Source: Candidatus Omnitrophota bacterium
GTDB lineage: Bacteria; Omnitrophota; Gorgyraeia; 2-02-FULL-51-18
NCBI GenBank assembly: GCA_016206825.1
Contig: JACQQY010000113.1
Coordinates: forward strand, 1-35,860
Length of the DNA: 35,860 nt
Direction: 5' to 3'
Of this stretch, positions 35,501-35,860 are shown one piece after another; the stretch's first letter is position 1, and every line of letters begins with the position of its first letter. The notes beneath the pieces were generated by a model. The model saw only the letters and a list, made by a program, of their open reading frames with translations, was not told where the DNA came from and searched no databases. A program made the translations under genes and the position numbers.

Positions 35501-35858
35501 CGCGTCCCAGATGAGCGTCGAAGAAAGTGCTGGAGCGGCGGTTGGTGAAATTTGTGGAATCCACCTCATCAATCGAGGCGGCCTTGTGAGTGTCGGAACG
35601 AACGAGAGCTTCATCGGCAAAAACGTCCTTGGCCCTTATGGGGTTCTGTGCGCCCTGATAGTAGTTCACGGTAACGTTCTTCACACGGGACCCATCGCTC
35701 TCGTAGTTATACATATAATCGGCCGTCTCATCGCCTTTGTCTCCCACGAAGAAAGTGGAAGAGCGGCGGTTGGAAGTGACTGCCTCGCCGAGGCTCTTGG
35801 CTTTGTGAGTGTCGGTTCGGACCAAGGGGTCATCGGCTGTGGCTTTGTCCGCCCTTAC
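2574..35858 (-). CDS. Giant multidomain surface/secreted protein, at least 11,094 aa, 5'-partial (adhesin repeats, LamG lectins, C39-like, transglutaminase-like, membrane segment, SecA-like ATPase)
   Basis: Single stop-free frame in the ORF track (2574..35825). Reading upstream of 35825, the frame continues VRADKATADDPL to the window edge without a stop and matches the repeat consensus VRAxxAxxEDAL, so the real start is outside the window. The gene ends in tandem stops TAA TAG (2574-2576, 2571-2573). Confidence 0.97.
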   Translation of the reverse strand, partial: VRADKATADDPLVRTDTHKAKSLGEAVTSNRRSSTFFVGDKGDETADYMYNYESDGSRVKNVTVNYYQGAQNPIRAKDVFADEALVRSDTHKAASIDEVDSTNFTNRRSSTFFDAHLGRGDEIADYTYNYAKDGVAVRTVGVSYYEGPAAGAVVRAGEASAEDALLRSDTHRAKAINLVATANRRSSTFFAVHLGKGEEVADYTYAYSSDGATVRTVSVNYYQGPNNTVIRAGGAEGEEALVRSDSHRTSSIGSLAAANRRSSTFFDTHLGKGDEVADYAYSYANDGARIRTVGVNFYQGPNNTAVRAKDASTEDALVQDRTFKGAVADVASVTPTSRFTTNKLLSETFYKGGAREERRDRTLNYRGRAGSEVVLSEQLYFYKGNARAASAQPDDWLIRTETRIDGAKRQFAYYRGEEAGEEKISYTQTYLRSGVVFETALYEYDATGALHAATAYRLGAEGSGDVTGLSVKSATYYAGVEGAEKMDYTASYKANGALRNAAVSFYEGDKRASQASDVDALRRQETTFGAMVTSTGINLTNARKISDTVFTGEFGEEKIETVTDRKGVEQRYRYDSSFWKVDANGVMQEDSSQENIDDSLTRIEVEGNGFTTYFGLNPFYETQTTYTTDYRGTLTTYAYDPSDTLVRTRYTSTVAKYDGATFVPESNETVTVYEKDLYQEARVDYVTSGRSSVTYYRYDESGDLFYTMQFDEMEETSTQPLRTDPPTTKVEDFVSSFISNADKFVPKKADKLKVTKSYYEENEFGESRVSFLIQPNGLWVYYNYEEIVDPGYPDSRLKFRTLIMRSARRGDPSTFDSVTILDKYGETAMTVGSSGVTQYQHYVPKGIYGIPISQQTDVLSSVSHYDLNGTLLKIEQDEIQDYKVGSQTYYYPARVVYDYEYTRDPNTNALINAKAVGKAGNFKLREQIFDKEMRLKEVYEWIQEKVWGLSQRYTYFAVPSGSTLEMPEGAQLPMPSGTATTLPNGGTVNVAGDAAISLAEGGNLTLPDGGTVISANGQTITVAAGGTVNAPKGAQITLKSGGRVALPGRGTITLINDGSLSFSSNTIIQPPRDKFIGVAAGGTLNLLTGERAVLKGAATVNLSGKGTVSLTGGGVFTLPNGGTVVVKGETLNIGVGGTVQLSDNEEATLLAGGAVVLPGDGTVALADGGTLTFPNGAVLALAEEAASTLTSALLGIELDPNSAGSVRLGSNSVKIDSSTLIYDGVGAVITASRLKEIYDANPADTYLKVTAAQLQDGSWKADRIDVVAAPVREVKGAVDNLYNPSGLSVLTGILQGVGADTVRFADHDIKIVDTTIVKDAKGNVISGTAAEKTARLEAIRQAFEDQGIFATVKLVALKSASGWEAQQVLLTAEEPDIAATRLTGALQNLDAVGRSILFAGQIMKLQDGTVIKDVNGVTMSQSAFSALWEGNKAGGVGTFVALEVRRISGEWVLQQINLISDAQGQAAFTGNLEGVTITQAPAVGTLKINGKDIQVKDTSILGDTGGNPLSLAQLSGIFSYHRLMGITTGVDASVVLSSSGDLVLSRLKVLTRIDTVLRRAAAVSVKTIDETDSTKGTITLADGMQFQVDSSTVMRNAAGDPLSLQDLPADALVSVQLVKVGDAWKAEELKMTPAFPLGDEFSGPPSSIDSTLGVVGIGGQSVKVDGQTLVEDSSGSLLQGGLSDLAALSNKGQLLLSVRVKKDEAGEWVAEKIRVTSILNKADTFTSSAVKAQDIQFVDDADDSYVKKITQMTVNGMNVVVGNDTETDGFFTEVEIRYKDHRYGVIREGVRSEFQTPPNTFEYRSVGGLKGLLSGDFQSIVPADVPVTVKVTAMKVGNTWRAARILAETQHEITDRATSSISGAVQRVLVQDGTVTLNGETLLVTSSKTIKDAAGKYYTLEELANLFDSNNQAGKATNLAGSFVKAYALQTGKVSHNQSSVITKDIRVNSDKATVAFNWKVSSEQGKDLFKFEILKDGVVIDDTSVISGEADWQRVTRDLGEGAYTLRWVYTKDGGDTGLVGQDAGWIDELLLLEDKTSKKIDFGYLADTVLNVSGGYVTDSWAVQDGVSYDPAGAGMQAGNTDAGSSSYFEKVVELAESGALTFQWKVDGNSTDKLRLYVDGSEVPTQVPLISGNTDWTNAKMVLSAGAHTLKWVYDRTQTPQGSPPSSNAWVDEIKIEKAASYGKALSFDGTNDYVDLGSPASLQITGSQTIALWVNPSDFASSSNLFSKAYGGEGTIYLNTDGSVSYSYGTGGGNNYPYQSFKMSASLARNAWTHLAVVRDLENKKLRWYQNGQFVNETDALYASAVSSTLPALIGRGDAGYFRGKLDELAVYNRPLTAGEIQSLMDTRPSSSEVGLAAYYSFDDGSAVDLVSGVKGTVQGGLVPLDEKTFFYDGFASVDYTTGTMIPAPYTSGGDAVWANQNTTAFDQGGVAAQAGTISAGQNSYLQRTVYVGQTSTLSFNWMVNSDPGDELLLYVDDLDTPVASVSGNSGGWTGKSHALSAGAHTLRWVYKRSSVSAGPANNNAWVDEVKIQKDQPYGDGLSLGATNAMVTVPPINMSGDRTLMAWVKFPLPSTGGYRTLFSSKAAGYSHLVISSDNYLGVFNGFSFYNSWYNIGSLSSGWHQVAAAISGGVTTIYVDGNAVGTAFTQVTRDLEVIGNGGLGSQNIGTIDEAALFDRTLSSTDIQAYKNQQLQGDETGLLAYYSFDDGTARDLSTDAVKYDGTLSAGAVAVSQRTVVRDSSFAVVSALNPSWQNQNTSAYDAGGFALQAGDTLAGTSSYLERKVNLEGDGFLEFQWKIDALATDKLRLYVDGNLAQDAISPLSGSSGWVKGMLKLSKGAHTLRWVFDRTKTVFGEPSSQAWVDEIQVKSQPQGTALKFDGTDDFAKVTNPANLPLGGSSRTFAAWFRLDKAGSYSSGQNWLFGYGPSALSNFWGVYVDNYYNQIVSSFGGYYSVSAGLPSSDLNRWYHLAVTLEGSNVKIYLDGAQINSYPISFGVNTQLGDLFIGQKGDNTGYFNGAIDETAIYNRALTADEVKALMTTKLQGSENGLVTYYSFDDGSAKDLTTTGNDGVLQGGTTAIQDKAIPIVSVTPSQVRFLTGGDGAWKTQNSLAYGQGGFAAQAGATRGGQSSFFQTTTELDDAGMLEFSWRIDSQATDALKLYIDEKEAASIAGASNGWLRSTLNLPKGKYTLRWVYDRTQTTDTAAANGNAWLDEVLIKKVAIYSDAMRFASTADTMTIPPINMNGDRTIMAWVKFPLPALESSYSYNALFRSSSGPSDSHFVVRSDGTLAILDSMNGYTYYPYNAVDSGYSVRSLSSGWHHVAAVGSGGKTQFYMDGNPVGNLLNRQVTKDLAAIGGEGQLSYGRAMGTIDEAAVFGQALTTSQIQSVMNTKLQGNEEGLLAYYSFDDGTGKDLSGNGKDGTLQGSPAPAKEIYWSESFSPKPTAVPFTPRIDGGNWEVVDDGTGNMAYRQSTLGGDHLSFLDGKTIVNGTIQTKFKFKRNLYEYLQLYFRLNSRNDGYAVRVGTSSESGIYLLLYEVKSGNLGNQLGFTSLSGFDPSAWHTLKVDANGDNIRVYLDGNTAQFLNVTNAAYSVGEIALGTSNLGAPAFFDDVEVIPADAAYHLEKPAAGLPDGFVSTDAFVQNEVRSVLWRADAMSLGAEGVLIPEGRSWTGVKPEEIAFSWDAQDPSAGAVTVNGVTAVVNSSTAIFDANLTLVSAQQLRTLMNRSSGLYFDVHFEMVSGQAVAKTIKVAADISGKTQMKDELQSATLVNGELRSIRINGVDFTVTSSAVIRDSLGAAIGGARLEQIRSENQARSIPTLVNVTGMMLRDGTYEAQTIDVLTESLHTRSESHNLDAVDVVGGKVKVGGVEYPLANGFKMTDPAGSLLTAEQVSNTLFLDSELSLETNARVKLIETDTGWKALELQLRSRHDNREVQLSTAQPQLIRGVAGLDTVADALTLGGVSVTRSSSLVIKDSLGVILTWEEMKRLFAKNAANGIPTYAKAALSRTRPWEVEKIELTTTFFERFNGKLQSLDAAGQSLQVKGEAVDLSRAIVKTGGETILTLQELYDWLHNNPDYLVNTLETGKDADGRMSLETITVKGVTYQVTADTQITGLDGSAVSQEGFARFFEDSALLGNEIYAKVTAENGVATRITLTEKKPLVLVDITAEKVEGRWVASQVVVSARVIPETKPIDFFGSAAPFVTVGGVKVLLGETTRLMKETDPLDPKSLTLGDLAQEIVDDPSLHFIARIPEGKDIALSGSLVFGGEQTLDAATREAIISGVEKWLTERIGLPFGQPAPAPNWVREYLYYFQVDPEQGKRLLKGEATPQTEGEGSFVYYITLFINNPDEYSQYFGADYVTQYQTWLSGGALTESMVQGILTWLKNQSKHFGASAFGALSLLINGANGLIPNLVSTAVQAITKDIQSGVISETTTGDLTISLQAMKEAAEAETQKSFFGYRVDFDELKRFVQAGNPVIAHIGPDHYVVVKEISDDDVVTLLEEGQLKTSTRSYFTGIWDGNILAASKPVTGAELTVDQAKAVLGSGGRWFHAFISSGEAEKYGFTTDPATGKRVRWTGRDPSTVKQEEITMMAETVNEVGEWTRRTFYGRNPKVLGDTTGRLLYAIENLEGGGGGGGKGSFENFDKKIEYLEDGSIRVTVYTKESRELLAKYAVGVDLESSADATAVIEYDPSGKIASFWEARYGFILDNGLLRQIRGTELSDFINALNLKLDKKYPVWQGGIQSALREMNAALNDYFYVKKLAVDGKWALLNNFKDGFKNELRKFNEASGKNLADSWTQFKELSKSYVTAMASQLQKGELFKTANAALENFKNKSGAMLDAFKGRWNDTFVFQAFGSITDSSGTSSAGAGYLQPKIDEMVARAAGIGYNLTGTDFLTNLGGSYRRHWKAARHAYSDSYNGNWDDLWLNILDAVDDTESDSLKNLQRAQTKLEKEMEGRDEALRGLFIGPEDLVVEGIGKIEGFEGPIKQSREEGPRSSPYLTNRYYMDSFFGGAGFENDPWWQRAQGGYSEDDVFVPGAVTRSWWDEEVDRQLERARSAKENLQEVLGAGFVDLLPEDVSTAVKASLDRSIKELDKFLGPKGFLEALRESVRATVAYTLLSLRSVKEKITEQMSEIRRKWSEAVGTIKERFQQFKAAESTFEDAALVDWAKATVSSESADGTLTVKYKLNFDVEPVKKYVEAIAQGLPDVSEVFQTIAEAYKGIVDASSGELSKSYEIQKDTREGLEELGEEMSKTVYEVAKNAAEVKERLEAEKKVGDGSLGSAGLLTEEGTGSKTDFKEMPDWLGRDLDRAFLSFSIDEVLKTLDPDNMPFVNKLGPPDYLGRVDKESYQSHILDYLFDEPSSWTGDDQHRPGGGIYHGALNPSFGGDIGDLGTKTLGLVFSPGAITGATYPSYDSGLPQALSGIVEQYVAGNQYVMNRLIDTVDYYPTVPAYGGYPGGIADWQAPIFPLWVTSTFYEYMTSAQEDFVNTYAPYYTGQPRQGSTEDLGDGKILSLSWKAYSDVGGGTGIKWGETADASLRGEFGASLNGYKGSDFPGVVYLNSSSGTPYWSSWNSTQAYKSYIGGLLGTAKPFIGSYTDQDPNAKLPQYPNSAYWLDFYSKNKGFNVVVYNSEDEKEKALFDLLSSDPLGLGTSNRILHRTATDPSATYAKVSAQDQVTIEELRAKGEIGDRYAQLNLKLFRRLEEFYDPVLGALPETIAQILNGLVEAEEKRFERRKQELDQLKDKMLSETEEAKGKALQDLNGQEAEIVRGLLAQQLVPMLRTFFRSYEAVMKQYQWGWELASVVTELIDLQGVKKFNTVLITVLEKGLEQLENLWKAANAVDTTGLVPALKTIVNRAKEVLNEAYGQGTGSARASLARLAEQRKAVEDNSKRQKEEIEKTHEALLKRLEQAKDNAIVEKHIVAERAALFLSGGQEEIEQKTSLVDPKDPMKGGVLETTTTFKDRQGNVIRKLTTKRFDATVRAAAAPKRQPKPLQKGIFYDLIRPVAQTADEGARLTKILSGSDPSVAGPIQIGDSSISPKDLIGPDTYSDTMKKIVEEIEKLMVGSLENQDAKKRGAAEQTYQETFDITMEDLESKSQSIGKQWKWLQDNYSLVTSKSFRASKSFIEGLMGTKDLGRALFLAKAVQFSDIAKRIIAETEGLKAVEGLKGEIVEFSVHVVSDKEVKEALRQGREAPEAGTAILGFRSKEGFALLELTQDKEGRTTSRRRTLVEKKEDRYRLTSQVLDAELKSRGGETIEVKLRAGRQIRVAFEFMGKLVVGLRHFPTTDKEGRDVFDVELVGGRVDQGGRVVTDKTGAVQGEQILGRAFRTAKGSEALFLLGEGGGFSLRINGQLSLRGSLESVLDREKLSGLLGSFATANQLQPVAISLQPGIQSLLLVSGQAFFRNDRTGEIENAKGTPLIAPEFHEEKVKGNAQGIAVLRGVVAAVTKEGEKSGLDAATLNVLRSLSGLSSTLRAYNAQGQILSNLTAFTNLKGEVERFTTGAYKGQIVLVDVERQRVLSEGGKALFEIQEVRRAFERAGVKGTVSEAQLRIFQKGVTPEQEASYKLLAQRLFAAPIGFGVVTNQAGGQIGFLVKAGNVKAGEEIFIQQEGGLIQAFDAQNNRLLAIKDQGVEAIKNEAVKNLGVDLARNYLVEFAADLDESTKLAVAGLVGSFTGLSALAILSGKFQQGLNRFGEQVGFTFSIDNRLAKQTGLAEGQEIFVKAGEQGVELYRLQGGLGGAPPAALGSGLFSGGRERFTLAGGELGTAQGLRFQFKGVTAEAAAFFKGFIVNLMGVELPVPPSLLADTIQIIQNEEGVKMGVAMGVTKELLNVLPQEGRILREGQQILVTKQGVFGAAANAQQALVVSLDEAGGEEKFVREGFVSQAMRVNYGTTTDPAQQAFLRSLASVIFNVPVSATEFTVVMETATGRIMGSFETSKLQALVQALTNESQQVDKALAGIGQLNGRLTAAGIEDKVKMGEAELLGLLIRAEGGEARQALYQKISEITTNEKNEFEASLRGIQDLNADLVKAGIKDQVQMDATGLFILLLGAKDAGVRGTVYTNIRWITTTEKNQIVDSSSHIQTLNSQLANAGIKDQVKFGATELFTALLGMKNGDARQELYGRISQIAFGEVLFKEQNFVTAFEDIQTLNVLIAKAGIKDTIKIGATEFFIFLLGAKDGDARRDIYTRLTEITTTESSQFASSLRDIQATHGQIKIGATELLTILLGMKNAGERKEIYSKIGEIKTESMRFGHSLERIESLNNALKAAGRTDQVELGGTELFIKLLGAKDASARLEIYGKIDQITLGEDKSFIGALSKIGAVNARLGQKVQIGATELFSILLGAKDSSARGAIYLGMGEAASSGSFENLFKALGTSNQGMPLDKQVMVDATQLFLAFVSRKDANGPVVVEGTFGPETRAVFAFDPQGRLTDVEVAKDFPDANAAQTAILDMAKTLGIAVDHIAVSGTIAETRGTFRFDAEGRILSAAVPFGLRSLPSELAKLGSTMNEVLAALHAQLKDGKTPDGVPPSIQKAILSMTDTEIKSADPWQALAKRIDESKDTDVARLRTDIGKAEMGNFIKTLILQNIALKPGGLDRESEGLNCVGTHALAARIAGSFGLQWDVVYVDGLQEPHVALIDRGTKEFIELSVRGDLKQSLFERYSQALGEGRTLDGVTVKFLMVDASGTAKLEGAGSFTKLWGREGQWVGGKFDVRGFSAEAVLIVEQQKRTGGTVNYLYDQAVSALEAKDLGRAKEYLKEAAAFASGMKGELGRAEKKAGTDAVYLADLGILNHNVENVTKLFELVVPLKDLSGLTVNRTTGGGIEIVIGKTASDFTLGGVVSAVPVNVKVDRDLDGLQKAIDDFAKSADPSAQGVGLSQLVSLVSTGGMTEFLKRDKAGNFVKDANGYLLLDHTKMDSFSARINGMLAVPGNAKAVMDFRAELNGAFQLLGLGKEVDAMTFARLVGGMDRLFGEGERLDIGALNSLKNSVPVFADVLRASKVSKPGDVLLAMLSVPSFTASFETVEGTILQFVMKDRQLESISVMAQKAVGSGGQPLDFFVPIRDKDGKSVQLLGKDGKVDEAKLTQMAAIGKIAGGATDDNYKEAAQKVSAMGFGVQFETKSFVINVMAGKEAEIAGIKAVNQTLGADKPIRVLFKTKADALAPISEENARTLIGFLQGRVGSESEALQSLTDVLTDGYKLRVIPGTTMLYSYEAHRGGGEVSIGGLEVEEGKFLKLSGVGSVEFTLGNKDSFTTYMITQGEAQDLKGHRANYSGGPLRGVWWAEFMGIGQGADLEVSKGKVGSYTPAGVTNMVVGQRVGETIRQASVDIMFEKDNTNPAISIASDVRDVLGKDLTAEQMKQAMKGMWSPKGEFTHGVLDSYKSERIQKISWGFGNGVLSVDANLVVIFSMPALLKDGQKIGLSADVSRLDLDKVPVAQGLQNLVLQASGIESLKSTLREYAGTVDTTLRLAYESKGVSISSVIDGHNVSDTIFGKDGKARNVSSSLFDDKGTFLAKQVTDLTGKQPLTKIFGFDGKELGDQKLTAVLFGRTAALAKGEDGLLQLRLEMGDKPMIFTAGGKQFTVSGVLALTLTQGGFFNVQGSKLDLERGVTLTTNEVELGKDSLFLKSGALHNRGYVLLEMGDRVQGWKEMGAPGGEKKGLVEDFSIQVVKDKDGKQFFGEGSISIREGRFAALANQTFDVGEQVQTLRVGNSEVTGSGQFVYTDVQSIQRVGPEVLDIRRGEMGLLAVSKAHEIYGQKVESDYKGDKSTQMKTLFDQFTYELESGRFNAVEATMRELSLQHQAERIVASIDLPSAGDYLMQDSFNRFVVEDLSNRSSLWDLKGEDLVNKLVAMEKTAPGALKGLTRSFEVQSGREAYLAQSLYDKWWFHAAGGESLFTDSGLWLQTKAVIGITGIVVSVALTGGTATLLWAELWGGISLGTNVGMSWYQGKEINWAQAIGGAINNGFWGASLQGGFAVANGILNGFKLVTATGKTILSFEKGLLGTKGVGSVFANPLTGYATMGFLGAFGNIGWQVGSNLLQGKGLFEKVGWDTFLKGFGFGLALKWGSGLATGVPRLKVGAQYVGGAAVVGVGNVAIDYFLRGNVRNWVDIGRSFGQGFVWGLVAGYGGSAIGISHAQTIGHRVWSFNQAGKLDRVLRGGGISFERLNVMRVRAGLAPMTSIQRFAINNPLFMASARGGVEWIVVSPLFTLAEGGWTWLVAGRFEAGGQKITLNTLVTGMIQGPMQGLWMGPMVRILGSPTAGREAQQSLVKQLTSGWWYVGNVQMAGFVTGLHALLTYAAPPKGLKEEGAGLSQSEIGALGWIGLFMMPQAWSPAGKLQQGIAERRALREQRLRESPLVKQAAQGIHQEAQARLSDITQGDGARMNQIALQAGEAKAKELGKTNLTEVEKTELGRETLLYKIELGKLYIRVYETRVDAKSGDVLSKLSRDGRAAVMENTMKDFSFTERTLARTGTSELAQSITPEKVSRQAEKYRQMEREVENQVNEIAEAVETGKALQGPLGEVVSAMRQAIERGRQEGENPLGGDQRKALASGLLYALSNAGLASGPGGMLMIAVPAGGGKTIPIWTLQLAFLLYAKAKGRDIGSTKLMILMDTPQNVNKDSNTNNKTYAALEKFLMENGSGIHVIENAGQMSAKGDKGGVFVLDARTLLEIKHTNEKLLEGFSLVTVDEAEAVFQTTRLTMGALQDAYTKLDKTDKPTANAFTRLLEKTSGQIRELFRTNRELFGYDANREMQMDKPAAENLIQKILSPENAALITQLGGREMAETLLKTYVSRAVDILTTKVGQAGGISTGKGGRVDLKDLAGQTMEKTHLGDPFKAIAAAFRAGANIKRAYNSFSTSSAKGVGIFDALTVLSKGSVTGRDIFVALSGTIEGAKQTLRMMNAAVYDLGTSKFHDTGKWHVFDGHASMLKFLSQHVIRQATKDRKSDELVVVAATTRDMAHEKADAAAKEFAGTGGKISVSKGKGVTIYRAGNTSGKVLEVVVYDNPNVYAGKFGEAVKGKKQTEFGGKVHVIAELVTGSNIFGVGKHGFIQTADKMRSDFKKVLYTTGDVNTSSAMIQQAKRVGVVVEKQQRRAEADVHHFLDITDLRATNKELADMRQILKTGSKEFEGSEKAVEGSLEYFVREALEGHNNKIDGVQAMEAKAERVMAGLDWNWSASPAAVNAALVAVNTPTEQDSHETAMAKLGQMRPIVEAMQILQGMNAANTPVEDLKVLMNALGVEGLSVQNQELILSHFNSTMSLGELANLELSLAALSGFVADEALSQLSLTDLRQITSGGFSRESLVQFAAQKGVEVTDKLGEVWRSKNAEDARAAFNKVIEQKGFAAIRSTTRNLFVMLLARGFENYVWKSGAVLREGAEKEAGARIVEGVGQKVEREALAGIGSRGDKYTHAEMNEKIATAYAEGRVESTGRIVNGREIVVVKGEEFSHAARTKDKVYIGEIDTQRLVAEKGVSKEAALEALAQHEAVEVKHLMAEANELMNRDLKQDLSVQNTREAIRDWIDKSAKDTTKSKMIGDLHAKSHEAGLKAEQAIVETSKTENTAQALNLLQTVSAELGVSVTGLLKNSVELTVNFSEGKLSLSLSGGVVTASGKPFSFKAPVTIEGTSEEVTVGMDRLINAASKIQSAGDAAGIMNLLREVGGVTRTGVTLVMANGLEMTSSVTDGTLTSITFGGTVATDLGETVSIKTPVTLLLGFAAPVEEEGVILPADILVGLDQTNVEGALKMINQMVGDVVVADASSFLGLAGRFAEKGVAIQVTSADGMMTFTSQVDPTTGKLASISILEVKDLATAAMVELDKPVVLDFSLSTGEITNTKEAEGRIQSIADETIKTLVETAVLTAVVDHSIAQATAALDSGLTTAPTQQAAKDAIHQFNRQLRLIREEYKGDIVTPKAIVVDQGMSQSQDMANNLSRIADRVNTLAGRNVLYVSSAKMESKDEVNNLLTDMTKARGIAPQNMRFITHDRNREGIRFAVEQGVVVVQRAAIQTMLAEVLPAMLGDKVSLMKEGIQKEIASHQGKVTFAMQNKTVQGDIDKLFEEAAEEDIHY
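3300..4090 (-). repeat. Three degenerate alpha/beta repeats near the C-terminus
   Basis: LNLLQTV...GVSVT...EGKLS...FKAPVTI; MNLLREV...GVTLV...DGTLTSI...IKTPVTL; LGLAGRF...GVAIQV...TGKLASI...LDKPVVL. Confidence 0.6.
4140..4440 (-). other. Zincin-like module with HExxE
   Basis: FSHAARTKDKVYIG strands, an ALAQHEAVE helix (HEAVE 4311-4325) and a distal LHAKSHEAG helix. Confidence 0.4.
5460..7160 (-). other. SecA-like superfamily-2 ATPase domain, degenerate
   Basis: Motif I VPAGGGKT (7038-7061), motif II VTVDEAE (DEAE 6708-6719), motif III ALSGT (LSGT 6111-6122), motif V-like TGSNIF (about 5655-5672), motif VI-like QQAKRVG (5526-5546), then HFLDITD, which resembles SecA FYLSLED. Confidence 0.7.
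7800..9080 (-). other. Gly-rich multi-helix hydrophobic (membrane-inserting) segment
   Basis: AVIGITGIVVSVALTGGTATLLWAELWGGISLG, MGFLGAFGNIGW, FLKGFGFGLAL, VGGAAVVGVG, FGQGFVWGLVAG, WIVVSPLFTLA, GFVTGLHALL, IGALGWIGLFMM. Confidence 0.75.
12860..13100 (-). other. Transglutaminase-like (papain-fold) domain with a Cys-His-Glu triad
   Basis: GLNCVGTHALAARIAGSFGL (Cys 12996-12998), VVYV...PHVALID (His 12906-12908), FIELS (Glu 12867-12869). A TPR-like helix pair YLYDQAVSALEAKDLGRAKEYLKEAA follows at about 12520-12605. Confidence 0.68.
13600..14930 (-). repeat. About 7.5 tandem ~51-65-aa helical repeats (IQ.LN..L..AGIKDQVKIGATELF..LLGAKD...R..IY.KI..IT..E)
   Basis: Cores read from the translation: GEAELL, DATGLF, GATELF, GATEFF, GATELL, GGTELF, GATELF, DATQLF. 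Confidence 0.88.
22270..22700 (-). other. Peptidase C39-like domain with Ser at the expected catalytic Cys position
   Basis: HFGASAFGAL (Ser codon AGC 22659-22661), ISLQAMKEAA, GYRVDFDEL, PVIAHIGPDHYVVV (His 22386-22388), FTGIWDGNIL. The order and spacing follow the C39 pattern. Confidence 0.7.
23100..24902 (-). repeat. DUF5666-like repeats, second array (about 6-7 units)
   Basis: Same pattern as the first array, with terminal strands WRADAM, AVAKTI, YEAQTI, WKALEL, WEVEKI, VATRI, WVASQV. Confidence 0.6.
24903..30083 (-). other. Lectin cassette: 5 jelly-roll (carbohydrate-binding-like) domains alternating with 4 LamG/ConA-like domains, then 1 DUF1080-like ConA domain
   Basis: Jelly-roll signature F.W.VD...D.L.LYVD...SG..W....L..G.(H/Y)TL(R/K)WVY...(A/G)W(V/I/L)DE occurs 5 times. 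LamG signature (FDGT.D, W.HLAV, Y.DG, IDE.A.(Y/F)...L, GL.AYYSFDDG) occurs 4 times at about 28705-29303, 27660-28233, 26620-27228 and 25570-26172. The last domain has WHTLKV..G.NIRVYLDG...GEIALG...FDDVEV at about 24990-25550. Confidence 0.8.
30084..32290 (-). repeat. DUF5666-like beta-barrel repeats, first array (about 7 complete plus 1 split)
   Basis: Recurring pattern G.(V/L)..(V/L)D...G.I...G....V...T.I.D..G..L.L..L...V.....W.A..I, with terminal strands WKADRI, WEAQQV, WVLQQI, LVLSRL, WKAEEL, WVAEKI, WRAARI. Confidence 0.65.
32320..32985 (-). repeat. Gly-rich octad-repeat beta-solenoid-like segment, internally duplicated
   Basis: GSTLEMPE/GAQLPMPS/GTATTLPN/GGTVNVAG/DAAISLAE/GGNLTLPD shows an 8-aa period. 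Two ~110-aa halves align with each other. Confidence 0.7.
33000..34170 (-). other. YD/RHS-like beta-hairpin region of the giant protein
   Basis: TTYAYDPSDTLVRT, YYRYDESGDLFYT, HYDLNGTLLKIE and IFDKEMRLKEV are YD-x-x-G-x-L-like motifs. Confidence 0.5.
34170..35858 (-). repeat. Tandem ~76-aa protein repeats (LVRSDTH...NRRSSTFF...GKGDEVADYxYxY..DG..VRTV.V.YYQG)
   Basis: The FF codons of NRRSSTFF lie at 35748, 35520, 35289 and 35061 (periods of 76, 77, 76 aa). About 4 degenerate copies follow, retaining GxE(K/R)xxY and YY/FY. Confidence 0.9.
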
Positions 35859-35860
35859 CC

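Noticed and set aside
35823-35825. TTG start assigned by the ORF track
   Set aside because: It is the Leu of a repeat unit (DDPLVRTDTH), and the frame is open upstream to the window edge.
34900-35858. CRISPR array or DNA-level tandem repeat
   Set aside because: The period is 228-231 nt and in frame, with synonymous divergence, so it is a protein repeat.

Overview
The window is almost entirely two co-oriented minus-strand genes. (1) One uninterrupted giant ORF (stop at 2574-2576) stays open to the right edge, so it is at least 11,094 aa; the track's TTG start at 35825 falls inside a repeat unit. In N-to-C order it reads: ~76-aa Tyr-rich beta repeats and YD-like repeats; an octad Gly beta-solenoid; DUF5666-like repeats with a ~1,730-aa lectin cassette (5 jelly-roll, 4 LamG, 1 DUF1080-like) apparently nested in one of them; a C39-peptidase-like domain (Cys to Ser) directly followed by a double-glycine-leader-like motif; long coiled coils; two helical repeat families I do not recognise; a transglutaminase-like Cys-His-Glu domain; a Gly-rich multi-helix membrane segment; a degenerate SecA-like SF2 ATPase; an HExxE zincin-like module; and C-terminal repeats. 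(2) A second gene, missing from the ORF track, starts at 2428 and runs off the left edge (at least 809 aa). It has a signal peptide and an EreA/ChaN/TraB/TIKI-like motif set. Two inverted copies of a GC-rich REP-doublet-like palindrome are present, one intergenic and one read in frame inside gene 2. The architecture resembles giant proteins described from Omnitrophota (inference only). All domain calls come from reading motifs by eye, not from database searches.
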